A DNA stretch of 64,000 nt from Minisyncoccota bacterium (GCA_035627595.1 DASPLK010000005.1:3877-67876), one strand, 5' to 3'; counted from the first letter of the stretch, positions 27,202 through 35,883 are shown. Program-made: numbers and translations. Notes: a model not told the origin generated them from the sequence alone.

Positions 27202-27594
27202 ATGCGCGAGTTCTTTATGGCTATGGTCGTATCCACTAGCTTCCTGGCTGCCCTGGCGACCATACGCCAATACCTTCGAGTGCGGGATATGGAGGTGCGA
27301 CTGAATCCCGCATGGCTGGAAAGACTTCCCGCATCCTCGCAGGAATATCTGCGGAGTGGGGAAAAGTTTAGGCTGCAGCTACAAAGGCTGTCGCTACCCT
27401 ACTTTCCGATCTATGTTTCGTTCATCGTTTCTGCGGCCGCGCTGCTTCAGAGCTTCAAGCTTGATCCGATCTGGTTCTACGCCTGCGCACTTGGAATATC
27501 GCTCAACTTCCTCAGGAAGTTCGGCCGTATTACCAGCGAGATGATTGAGGAGCTGGAAGAAGACGAGTACACGGCCCGCCAGTACCGCAACTGA
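27202..27594 (+). CDS. small membrane protein, hypothetical (130 aa)
   Basis: GGAG-7nt-ATG start with two TM helices. It is followed by a strong intrinsic terminator. The long overlapping track ORF 26761..27594 was rejected. Confidence 0.55.
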   Translation: MREFFMAMVVSTSFLAALATIRQYLRVRDMEVRLNPAWLERLPASSQEYLRSGEKFRLQLQRLSLPYFPIYVSFIVSAAALLQSFKLDPIWFYACALGISLNFLRKFGRITSEMIEELEEDEYTARQYRN

Positions 27595-27604
27595 CATCAG
27601 ACAC

Positions 27605-27636
27605 CGCCCCCGGATCACCGTTCTGGGGGCGTTTTG
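27605..27636 (+). terminator. intrinsic terminator
   Basis: CGCCCCCGG...CTGGGGGCG stem followed by TTTT. Confidence 0.7.
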
Positions 27637-27684
27637 CATACCCTTGCCCCCCTATACCCCTTCATGATAGGCTCTTTCCTACAG

Positions 27685-27915
27685 ATGGAGACACTCAAGG
27701 CGATACTGCCGTACATAGAAATCACCCTCTCCCTTCTCCTTATTATAGGGATCGTGCTTCAACAGCGCGGTGCCGGCCTCGGAGGAGCGTTTGGCGGTGA
27801 CAATTTCGCATCGACGTTCTACAAGCGCCGCGGGGCGGAGAAATTCCTTTTCAACGCCACAATCGTTATTGCGGTCCTTTTCGTCGCATCGGCGATCGCC
27901 GGGTTCCTCATCTGA
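27685..27915 (+). CDS. secG: preprotein translocase subunit SecG
   Basis: 76 aa from METLKAILPYIEITLSLLLIIGIVLQQRGAGLGGAFGG, the classic SecG glycine-rich loop between two TM helices. Confidence 0.8.
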   Translation: METLKAILPYIEITLSLLLIIGIVLQQRGAGLGGAFGGDNFASTFYKRRGAEKFLFNATIVIAVLFVASAIAGFLI

Positions 27916-27928
27916 TAGGAAACCCTAC

Positions 27929-29653
27929 ATGCGCTATAGCTGGAGACAGCTCACGGACCGACACGAACAACGTACTCGCTTTCCTCTTATAGAGGACGCG
28001 GTTTTGTATATTCGTAGCCTCCCGCCGAGCGACCGGCTAATCGCATACGTGCTCACAGGCCTTGCAGGCCTTTCCGTACTCGTCGGCCTCTTTGCCCTTC
28101 AGCGTTCGTTCCTCATCGAAGAGCCTGCCTATGGCGGCAGCTTCACCGAGGGGCTCGTCGGGACGCCTCGATTCATTAATCCGCTTCTTGCGCTTACTGA
28201 TACCGATCGCGACCTCGCGCGTCTGACGTACGCAGGACTCATGGGCACCAGTGGCGACGGTACTCTCGTTCCAGTGCTTGCAGAAAGCTACACGGTCGCG
28301 GATACCGGACTCGTGTATACGTTCACACTTCGTGCGGATGCCCAGTTCCATGACGGAACGCCCGTAACCGCAGAAGATGTCGTGTTCACCGTTCAGAAGG
28401 CGCAGGACCCGGGGCTGAAGAGCCCTGAGCTCGCCAATTGGTCGGGCATACGCGCAGAAGCTGTCGACTCACGTACGGTGCGCTTTACCCTCCCGAGGGC
28501 ATACGCGCCGTTTCTTGAGAAGACCACCCTGGGCATCCTGCCTTCGAGCCTATGGCGAGATGTATCGAACTCACAGTTCCCGTTCTCTCCTTTAATGGTG
28601 CGTCCGGTGGGTGCCGGCCCCTTCAAAGTCGAGAATGTTCGTCAGAACAAGGAGGGCTTTATCACAGGCTATACCCTCTCTGCTTTTGGCGAATACGCGC
28701 TCGGTCGTCCGTATCTCGATCGCATTTCGTTTGCGTTCTTCGATGAAGAGGACGCTCTCTCATTTGCGCTCAGGAACGGAAGAATCGACAGCGCGTACGG
28801 TGTCGCACGCGAGGGCGCGCTTGAGGCTCCGTACGCCCGCGTGTTCGGAACGTTCTTCAACGAGAACGCCAACCCGGTCTTCGCTGATGCTGATGTGCGC
28901 CGTGCGCTTTCGCTTGCAATAAACCGCGAGGCCATCACCAATGTGATACTTGGCGGCTACGCGACCCCAATTGCAGGACCCGTGCCACCAGGTAGCGGTA
29001 TCGAGCTTACGCCGATACCGACTGCGGAGAACCGCATCCGTGCGGCCGCAGACATCCTGGAGGAAGCCGGATGGACGTACGACGACGAGGCGCGCCTTTG
29101 GGACAATCCGGACGTTGAGGCAGAACTGCGCGTCACGCTGCGGACCTCAAACGTACCGGAGCTAAAGACCATCGGCCAGCAGATCCAGGCAGATTGGGCT
29201 GCACTTGGGGTACCGACTTCGCTTGAACTTTTTGAGCCGTCGGATCTCACGCAGAACGTCATTCGTCCGAGAAACTACGATGCCCTTCTGTTCGGTATGA
29301 TCGTTGGGCGTGACCGTGATCTCTATGCGTTCTGGCACACCCAGGAGCGCTCTGATCCAGGCCTTAACATTGCGCTCTACAGCAATACTGAAGTGGACGC
29401 ATTGCTTGAGCGTCTGCGAACCCAGAGCGACCCTGCGGTACGCAGTGAAGCTCTGCAAGCGATCGAAACCGCAATTGCAAGCGACTACCCAGCAGCCTTT
29501 ACGCACGCGCCTACCTTCGTGTACGCAGCGCCTAGAGGAATGAAGGGTATCGAGCTTCCGCAGATAGGTGCACCTTCTGACCGATTCGCGACAGCGGCCT
29601 CCTGGTATCGCAATACACAGGAAGTGTGGCCCATCTTCGCGAAGCGTCAGTAA
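27929..29653 (+). CDS. ABC-type solute-binding protein family 5 (peptide/nickel SBP fold) with an N-terminal TM anchor
   Basis: 574 aa from MRYSWRQ. One TM helix is followed by an SBP_bac_5-like domain. No permease or ATPase genes are adjacent. Confidence 0.75.
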   Translation: MRYSWRQLTDRHEQRTRFPLIEDAVLYIRSLPPSDRLIAYVLTGLAGLSVLVGLFALQRSFLIEEPAYGGSFTEGLVGTPRFINPLLALTDTDRDLARLTYAGLMGTSGDGTLVPVLAESYTVADTGLVYTFTLRADAQFHDGTPVTAEDVVFTVQKAQDPGLKSPELANWSGIRAEAVDSRTVRFTLPRAYAPFLEKTTLGILPSSLWRDVSNSQFPFSPLMVRPVGAGPFKVENVRQNKEGFITGYTLSAFGEYALGRPYLDRISFAFFDEEDALSFALRNGRIDSAYGVAREGALEAPYARVFGTFFNENANPVFADADVRRALSLAINREAITNVILGGYATPIAGPVPPGSGIELTPIPTAENRIRAAADILEEAGWTYDDEARLWDNPDVEAELRVTLRTSNVPELKTIGQQIQADWAALGVPTSLELFEPSDLTQNVIRPRNYDALLFGMIVGRDRDLYAFWHTQERSDPGLNIALYSNTEVDALLERLRTQSDPAVRSEALQAIETAIASDYPAAFTHAPTFVYAAPRGMKGIELPQIGAPSDRFATAASWYRNTQEVWPIFAKRQ

Positions 29654-29727
29654 TTTTCATAGCACGATGCATACGCATCCATGCTTTAATCAAATTTAAA
29701 TCGTTATCTACGTAACCTACTCTAACT

Positions 29728-31647
29728 ATGTCAGCAGCACCTGCGCCGGCACCGGCGCCACAGAACTCCCCCGCTCCCCATTCCTCAAATCCACGCCCTG
29801 AGGGCAAGCCTCGCTCCCGTGGAGGTCGTGCTCGCAGCGGCGAACGACGCAGCGGGCCCAATCCGCGCGGTGGACGTGGAAGCCGTCAAATGCGCCGGCC
29901 TATGCACCGCCCAGGCGGCCCTTCTCAGATGACCGGACAGAAGCGCGCGGCCGACTACAACCCGGCAGATCCGGGCGCTAACGTTGTCCGCATCGTTCCT
30001 CTAGGCGGCGTTGAGGAAGTGGGACGCAACATGTTTTGCGTCGATACCAACGGCGACATCTTCGTCTTTGACGTGGGCTTCCAGTTCACGAGCGAGGATG
30101 AGACCCCGGGAGTCGACTATGTCCTCCCGAATACCAAGTACCTCGAGATGAACCAGCACCGGGTGCGTGCCGTGTTCATCACGCACGGTCACCTGGACCA
30201 TATCGGCGGCATTCCCTTCCTTATGAACCGCTTCGGCAATCCCCCTATCTACACGCAGAATCTTTCTGCGGTCATGATCGCTAAGCGTCAGGAGGAGTAC
30301 CCGGATATGCCTAAGCCAAACCTTGTCGTGGTCGAACCAGGTTCGACCCACACCATCGGCAGCACGAGGGTTCACTTCTTCCCCGTGACGCATTCGATTC
30401 CAGACTCGATGGGTATCGCTGTCGAGACGCCATACGGCAACGTCATCGCAACGGGCGACCTCAAGGTCGACCACCATGATGAGGTCATCACCCCTGCAGA
30501 GGTAAAGAAGTGGGGCGAGCTCGGCAAGCAGAAGAACCTTCTCTTTATTGCCGACTCCACCAACGCTGAGATCGCCGGATTCTCCGTCCCGGAGCGCAAA
30601 GTCCACGAGACGCTTGAAGAGATTTTGAAGACGGTGAAGGGACGCCTCATCATCGGCACCTTCGCATCGCAGTTCGAGCGCATGATCAAGATCATCGAGA
30701 TGGCCGAGCACCATGGCAAGAAGATCATCATGGAGGGACGGTCTATCAAGACTAACCTTGAGATCGCGCAGAAAACCGGCCTCCTTACCGTTAAGAAGGA
30801 AACCTTCATCAGCGCGCAGGAAATCGGCGACTACTCTCCCGATAAGATTGTCATCCTCGCGACCGGTGCGCAGGGTGAGGAGTTTGCTGCGCTCATGCGC
30901 ATGTCGACGAAGCAGCACAAACACATCACGCTTAATGAGCGTGATACGGTAGTGCTCTCCTCCTCGGTTATTCCGGGCAATGAGCTATCGGTCCAGAAGC
31001 TGAAAGACAACCTCTTCCGCAGCAAGGCGACTCTCATTCATTACCGCACCAGTGACGTGCACTCCGGCGGCCACGGCCGCGCAGGCGAGCTCGTCTGGAT
31101 CAATCAGCAGGTGAACTCGGCGTTCTTCATGCCGGCGTACGGCTACTACTCGATGACCGCATCGCATGCTAAGGCAGTCGAGCAAGCAGGCAGGCCACGA
31201 GAATCAATCATCCTTGCTGAGAACGGCATGGTCATTGATATCATCGACGGCGAGCGATACGAAGTTCATAAGGACAAGGTCCCGTCCGCTCCCCTAATTG
31301 TGGACGGCTTCGCAATCGGCGACATGCAGGAAGTAGTCATCCGCGATCGCCAGATGCTTGCTAAGGATGGTATGTTCGTCATCATCGCGACGGTTAACCT
31401 AAAGACAGGAAAGCTTCGCAAGTCCCCCGACATCATTTCCCGCGGTTTCGTATATCTCAGGGAATCGCAGGACATGCTGAACGAGGCGCGTCTTCTCATC
31501 AAGAAGACGGTTGAGGATTCGACAAAGGGCATGAACCCGGTCGACCTCGACTACGTGAAGAACCAGCTCTCCGATACGGTTGCCGGCTTCCTCTTCTCGA
31601 GGACCAACAAGGCACCGATGGTGATTCCGGTCCTGATTGGCGTCTAA
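29728..31647 (+). CDS. rnj: ribonuclease J (metallo-beta-lactamase/beta-CASP) with a ~95-aa Arg/Gly/Pro-rich N-terminal extension
   Basis: HGHLDHIGG motif, beta-CASP and C-terminal domain. The N-terminus is low-complexity (PRSRGGRARSGERRSGPNPRGGRGSRQMRRP). Confidence 0.9.
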   Translation: MSAAPAPAPAPQNSPAPHSSNPRPEGKPRSRGGRARSGERRSGPNPRGGRGSRQMRRPMHRPGGPSQMTGQKRAADYNPADPGANVVRIVPLGGVEEVGRNMFCVDTNGDIFVFDVGFQFTSEDETPGVDYVLPNTKYLEMNQHRVRAVFITHGHLDHIGGIPFLMNRFGNPPIYTQNLSAVMIAKRQEEYPDMPKPNLVVVEPGSTHTIGSTRVHFFPVTHSIPDSMGIAVETPYGNVIATGDLKVDHHDEVITPAEVKKWGELGKQKNLLFIADSTNAEIAGFSVPERKVHETLEEILKTVKGRLIIGTFASQFERMIKIIEMAEHHGKKIIMEGRSIKTNLEIAQKTGLLTVKKETFISAQEIGDYSPDKIVILATGAQGEEFAALMRMSTKQHKHITLNERDTVVLSSSVIPGNELSVQKLKDNLFRSKATLIHYRTSDVHSGGHGRAGELVWINQQVNSAFFMPAYGYYSMTASHAKAVEQAGRPRESIILAENGMVIDIIDGERYEVHKDKVPSAPLIVDGFAIGDMQEVVIRDRQMLAKDGMFVIIATVNLKTGKLRKSPDIISRGFVYLRESQDMLNEARLLIKKTVEDSTKGMNPVDLDYVKNQLSDTVAGFLFSRTNKAPMVIPVLIGV

Positions 31648-31663
31648 CGCCACACATACGCAC

Positions 31664-31693
31664 AAAGCGCCGCCTTCATGGCGGCGCTTTTGC
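31664..31693 (+). terminator. intrinsic terminator of rnj
   Basis: AAAGCGCCGCC(TTCAT)GGCGGCGCTTTT. Confidence 0.75.
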
Positions 31694-31718
31694 TATTGCG
31701 GGTGCTACACTGCTCCTG

Positions 31719-32873
31719 ATGCGTCCGCGCTTCGCTCTTTCTCTCGGCAATTTCTTCGTCTGCGTACACCATGCGCTGATGCTCTATATCACGACGCCCT
31801 TTCTGGCTACCGTGATGCCTGAGAATTTCATTGGCCTTGTTCTATCTCTAGGCGCACTCTTCTCGCTTTGTGCATTTCCATTTGTGCCGCGCCTCGTGCG
31901 CAACCTAGGCGCGAGGCGCCTAGCGTTGTGGAGCATAGGTCTCAGTGCCTGTTTCGTACTTTCTCTTGCACTTAACCTGCCGCCCCTTGCGGTAGTCTTT
32001 GCGTATGCGTTATTTTTTGCGCTTACCCCTATCAATGCTTATTTTCTCGACCTGTTACTCGAGGCAGCTACAAAAGGCGCCGGCGAAACCGGGCGCGTTC
32101 GTACGCTTTTCATTACCTTTGGTAATCTCGGGTACTTAAGCTGCGCGCTAGGTATAGGACTCCTGCTAGGCAGTGGAGACACGTACGCGAATATCTTCTA
32201 TATTGCCGCGGTCGCACTCATACCATTCCTTCTGATGCTTCGGTTCGCGCATGTGCCTGACGGTGATCCGCCACGGTTCGCGCACATCCTTGAGGTAGCG
32301 CATTGCCTCATCAAGGATAGAGATTACAAGGCGGTAGGTGTCGCATATCTCACGCTCCAGTTCTTCTTTAACCTTGTCCCGTATTTCATACCACTCTACC
32401 TCCACACGGTCCTCGGCATCCCCTGGAGCGAGCTTGGATGGATATTTGCCGTTATCGTCATACCGTTTCTTCTGCTTGAATACCCTGCAGGCTGGCTTGC
32501 CGATAAGGTATTGGGCGATCAGGAGCTTATGGCGATAGGCTTTCTTGTCATGGGCGCAGCGACTGCAGCGATCGCGTTCACAACGGCCGCAACACCCATT
32601 CTTGCCATTGGCGCTGTACTTTTTGTATCTCGCATCGGCGCGGCGCTCGCCGAAGCCATGTGCGAGACGCACTTCTTCAGACGCGTATCCGAACGCGATG
32701 CAAACTCGGTTGGGGTATTCCGCATGATGCGTCCCATGGGCGCTGTTGCTGCACCTCTTACCGCGAGTGTCTTCTTGAGCGTCTCAAGCTTCAACATTAT
32801 GTTTTTCGTGGTTGGCCTAGGCATCATTGTCTTTGGCGTTGCGGGAGCCCTCTCCATTAAGGATGTACGCTAG
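31719..32873 (+). CDS. MFS transporter
   Basis: 384 aa with 12 predicted TM helices. Confidence 0.8.
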   Translation: MRPRFALSLGNFFVCVHHALMLYITTPFLATVMPENFIGLVLSLGALFSLCAFPFVPRLVRNLGARRLALWSIGLSACFVLSLALNLPPLAVVFAYALFFALTPINAYFLDLLLEAATKGAGETGRVRTLFITFGNLGYLSCALGIGLLLGSGDTYANIFYIAAVALIPFLLMLRFAHVPDGDPPRFAHILEVAHCLIKDRDYKAVGVAYLTLQFFFNLVPYFIPLYLHTVLGIPWSELGWIFAVIVIPFLLLEYPAGWLADKVLGDQELMAIGFLVMGAATAAIAFTTAATPILAIGAVLFVSRIGAALAEAMCETHFFRRVSERDANSVGVFRMMRPMGAVAAPLTASVFLSVSSFNIMFFVVGLGIIVFGVAGALSIKDVR

Positions 32874-33673
32874 TCCTTGAGGCAATAGACGCCATTACGT
32901 TTTTCTACGAGACCCTCACGAACAAGTTTCAGAAGTTCCGCTGATACCTGCTCTTTCCGCTCTTCGCCTAGTATGGTGCTGAGGGAGCGCTTAGTGCCTG
33001 CCGCTAACGTGCGCAGTATGGCACCTCGAGCTTCACGGCTAGAACCCTTGAATGCGGTTTGTTTTACATACCCTCGAACTTTGTGGTTCGTGCGTACCCC
33101 GTTTCGCTTCAAGTGACTGCCGTAGTCCATGAGCGCCCACTGCCATTCTCGAGCCATGCCCTTAGGCTGCGCTTTCTCAAGCACTGTGCGTATCTCGCTA
33201 TCCGCAACCGACTCCTGGTCTTGGAAGCAGTGATGCACGATAACAGTGCGGATGTTCGTCTCTAAAAGTAGCGTGTCTTCGTTATATGCAAATGCGGCCA
33301 CAGCACCCGCGGTATACGGGCCTACGCCAGGCAAGCGCTCGAGTGCCACTGCCGTCTTTGGGAAACTGCCACCATATTCTGTGACAACTGTCCGCGCAGC
33401 CTCATGGAGCATCTTTGCTCTGCGGTTATACCCAAGTCCCTGCCACACTCGTAGTACATCCGAGAGTGGCGCATCTGAAAGCGTCTGGACGCTTGGGAAA
33501 CGCTTGAGAAACTTCCCGTAGTATGGAATGACACGCTCGACCTGTGTCTGCTGTAGCATCACCTCGGAGATAAGAATCTTGTACGGGTCGCGCGTCTTAC
33601 GCCACGGAAGCGTATGGCGTCCGTATTCTTTATAGTAGGAAAGGACGAGTGTCCTAAGCTTCCTCGGCGTCAT
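32870..33673 (-). CDS. MutY-like HhH-GPD DNA glycosylase (short form lacking the Fe-S cysteine cluster and the C-terminal MutT-like domain)
   Basis: YYKEYGRHTLPWRK, ISEVMLQQTQV (E37 equivalent), GLGYNRRAKMLHEAA and the LPGVGPYTAGAV helix-hairpin-helix are present. There are no Cys ligands after the HhH. Start chosen at MTPRK (33673); the ORF is open further upstream. Confidence 0.7.
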   Translation of the reverse strand: MTPRKLRTLVLSYYKEYGRHTLPWRKTRDPYKILISEVMLQQTQVERVIPYYGKFLKRFPSVQTLSDAPLSDVLRVWQGLGYNRRAKMLHEAARTVVTEYGGSFPKTAVALERLPGVGPYTAGAVAAFAYNEDTLLLETNIRTVIVHHCFQDQESVADSEIRTVLEKAQPKGMAREWQWALMDYGSHLKRNGVRTNHKVRGYVKQTAFKGSSREARGAILRTLAAGTKRSLSTILGEERKEQVSAELLKLVREGLVEKRNGVYCLKD

Positions 33674-33887
33674 TTGCGACCGACTCGACGTGAGTGATCG
33701 TTGAAGCCTCAGGGATGATGATAGCCGCGATGATATAGACGATAACACCCGGAATAATCGCAGAGAAGATAATGATGAGGAGATACGCGAGGCGCAGGAT
33801 GACCGGGTCGATATTAAAATACTCGCCCAGTCCGCCAAGGACGCCTGCGAATATTCTGTTCTCCCTGCTTCTGTAGAGTTTCTTCAT
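33654..33887 (-). CDS. PspC-domain protein
   Basis: 77 aa: RIFAGVLGGLGEYFNIDPVILRLAYLLI followed by a TM helix. Confidence 0.7.
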   Translation of the reverse strand: MKKLYRSRENRIFAGVLGGLGEYFNIDPVILRLAYLLIIIFSAIIPGVIVYIIAAIIIPEASTITHVESVANDAEEA

Positions 33888-33904
33888 CAGCCCAGTATAC
33901 CAAA

Positions 33905-34591
33905 TCAGGCTTCCAAGACCGCGTCCTTGACCTCTACCACTACCTTCCAGTCGTGCTGACGTGCATGTTTCAAGAGACGCTTGGTCGGATTGAACGCAAT
34001 CGCCTCGTCCACGAGCTCGAGCATGGAAATGTCGCTCTCGCTGTCGCCTACCGCGATCGAGTTCGTGAAGGAGAGCTTCTCCTTCTTCACCGCCCGCTGC
34101 AGTACCGATCCTTTATTGAATATGATGTGCTCGTCGACGATATTGCCCGTGAAGCGGCCTGATGCCCCAGTCTCAAAGAATATGCCGTAGCTCTTATCGA
34201 ACCCGAGCTCGTACCCGAATCCATCGACGATAAACTTCGGGGATCGTGAGACGGCAAGGAGGAAGTACCCTTCGTCTTTCAGCTCACGCACCAGATCCCG
34301 CGTATAGCGGAACACGTGATCCTTCTTCGCTTCGATGATCTCTCCGGCGATGTCCGCCACCTCCCCGTACGGAACGCCCTTTCCGTACTTTGCGAAAGCC
34401 TCTACGGTCTTGTCTATGTACGCATCGATGCCGGAGCCAGACTGCTCGTACTTCTGCTTTGCGGACGCATAATGCCTAGCTGCCAAAGGTGGCAGCACGC
34501 CCCTTCTAACAAGCTCCTCGACAAGCTCTCCGAGGAGAAAGGAGCGGGATAGGGTCCCATCTATATCGAACGCGGCGACAGATTGAGCCAT
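33905..34591 (-). CDS. HAD-superfamily hydrolase (subfamily IB-like)
   Basis: AAFDIDGTLS motif I and a GDSESD motif IV. Confidence 0.8.
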   Translation of the reverse strand: MAQSVAAFDIDGTLSRSFLLGELVEELVRRGVLPPLAARHYASAKQKYEQSGSGIDAYIDKTVEAFAKYGKGVPYGEVADIAGEIIEAKKDHVFRYTRDLVRELKDEGYFLLAVSRSPKFIVDGFGYELGFDKSYGIFFETGASGRFTGNIVDEHIIFNKGSVLQRAVKKEKLSFTNSIAVGDSESDISMLELVDEAIAFNPTKRLLKHARQHDWKVVVEVKDAVLEA

Positions 34592-34624
34592 TACGTATAT
34601 GGTACCGCATCATAAATGTCCACT

Positions 34625-34653
34625 TTGACTTTGGCCAAGGGCGGGCGTAGGGT
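34625..34653 (+). promoter_or_regulatory. putative promoter of the orphan ORF (TTGACT-17-TAGGGT) embedded in a G-tract leader
   Basis: TTGACT lies at 34625-34630 with TAGGGT at 34648-34653. Weak; the leader region 34639-34662 holds five GGG tracts. Confidence 0.25.
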
Positions 34654-34688
34654 GGGTACGGGAGATTGTTCCTGGGAGGGTTATAGAA

Positions 34689-35168
34689 ATGCAAACAGTT
34701 ATTCCGCAACTGGAAGCCGCCAACGTGGACCAGGCCGACCGGCTTGTCCAAGCGCTCGCTCGCCACGGCTTCATCGCCTCGGTGATCAAGCCGGACTTCT
34801 GCGACGACGCCAGCGATCCGCGGCCCTGCATCCCCGCCTTCAAGATGAAGGGCGGGAAAGAAGAGCAGGAGCGGCTCACCAATCTGGTGATCGCCTTCTA
34901 CGAAGACCATCCTGTGCCGGCCGACGACAACAAGTCGGACACGCAGCTGATGGTGGAGGCCCTGGACGACGACGAAGGTCTCGACCGCGAGCTCGAGTTC
35001 GAGTATGAGCTAGGCTTCAACGACACCGAGTCGATCGTCGGCCTGCCGTACGAGCTGTTCGAACACGTCGCGGGGCTGGGCGGTTCTATCGAGGACCGCC
35101 GCCAACGGAAGATGGGCCGGTTCGCCGACTTCCTGTTACAGCATCCTGTTCAACCCCGCGCCGAGTAG
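34689..35168 (+). CDS. orphan acidic protein (159 aa), compositionally foreign (very high GC3)
   Basis: GGGAGGG-8nt-ATG start. About 31 D/E against about 16 K/R residues. Nearly every codon ends in G or C, in contrast to the neighbouring genes. It is followed by its own intrinsic terminator. No recognisable family. Confidence 0.6.
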   Translation: MQTVIPQLEAANVDQADRLVQALARHGFIASVIKPDFCDDASDPRPCIPAFKMKGGKEEQERLTNLVIAFYEDHPVPADDNKSDTQLMVEALDDDEGLDRELEFEYELGFNDTESIVGLPYELFEHVAGLGGSIEDRRQRKMGRFADFLLQHPVQPRAE

Positions 35169-35180
35169 GCGCGGGAGCCG

Positions 35181-35220
35181 AGGCCGCCGTTCCCCAAAAG
35201 GACGGCGGCCTTTCCTATTT
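35181..35220 (+). terminator. intrinsic terminator of the orphan ORF (its tail overlaps the nth stop)
   Basis: AGGCCGCCGT(11-nt loop)ACGGCGGCCT is a 10-bp perfect stem followed by TTCCTATTT. Confidence 0.7.
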
Positions 35221-35883
35221 AGCTTTCGGCCACTTGAGTGCCGCTTCCGGATACAGCTTAGTCAGGGGATGCGCGGCACAGTCGTGCGGAAGTGCGGAGC
35301 ATACGTACCTACCGTAGAGGACAAGTCCGTTATTTACATATTTCCAGTCATCCTTGGGAGCGAGCTGTTCCAGGTCCTTAGAAATCTTCGTGAGGTCGGT
35401 GTTATCAGTAAGGTCAAAGCGGAGCGCAAAGCGCCTTACATGCGTATCAGTAGGAATACCCTCCCAAATGTCGTAGAGCTCGCCAAGAATGACGTGCGCG
35501 GTCTTGTACGCTACACCCGGCAGTCGTACTAGCTCCTTCTCCGTTTTTGGAACCTTTCCCTTAAACTCGTCGCGCACCATCCTCGCCGCAGCGACAATAT
35601 GCTTCGCCTTGGTCCTGTGGAAAGTAATAGAGGAGGTCTCCTTGCTGAAGGTTTCCACGTCCGCCTCCGCAAAATCGCTCACTGTCTTGTACTTCTTCCA
35701 GAGGTCTTTCGTAACGGCATTCACTTTCTTATCCGTACACTGCGCAGAAAGTATGACGCTTGCAACCAATTGAAATGGCGTCTTATAGGTGAGCTCGGTC
35801 TTGGGATCTGGATGTGCCTTCTTTAAATAAGTAAGCATCCTCTTCAAGCGCGCCTTGCGCTCCTTAAACTTCTCCGGACTCAT
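35215..35883 (-). CDS. nth: endonuclease III-like HhH-GPD glycosylase (Nth family) with a degenerate Fe-S motif
   Basis: LPGVAYKTAHVIL with the lysine, and a catalytic Asp in PTDTHVRR. Only two Cys residues (YVCSALPHDC) replace the canonical C-X6-C-X2-C-X5-C. Confidence 0.78.
   Translation of the reverse strand: MSPEKFKERKARLKRMLTYLKKAHPDPKTELTYKTPFQLVASVILSAQCTDKKVNAVTKDLWKKYKTVSDFAEADVETFSKETSSITFHRTKAKHIVAAARMVRDEFKGKVPKTEKELVRLPGVAYKTAHVILGELYDIWEGIPTDTHVRRFALRFDLTDNTDLTKISKDLEQLAPKDDWKYVNNGLVLYGRYVCSALPHDCAAHPLTKLYPEAALKWPKAK

Noticed and set aside
34506-35008. ORFs 34616..35008 (+), 34506..34910 (-) and 34610..34882 (-) within the GC-rich island
   Set aside because: These are frame artefacts of a region with near-saturated GC3. 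Their products are Arg/Gly/Pro homopolymer-like (…GRRRRSRPRARVRV). The third-position periodicity and the SD and terminator support only the 34689..35168 frame.
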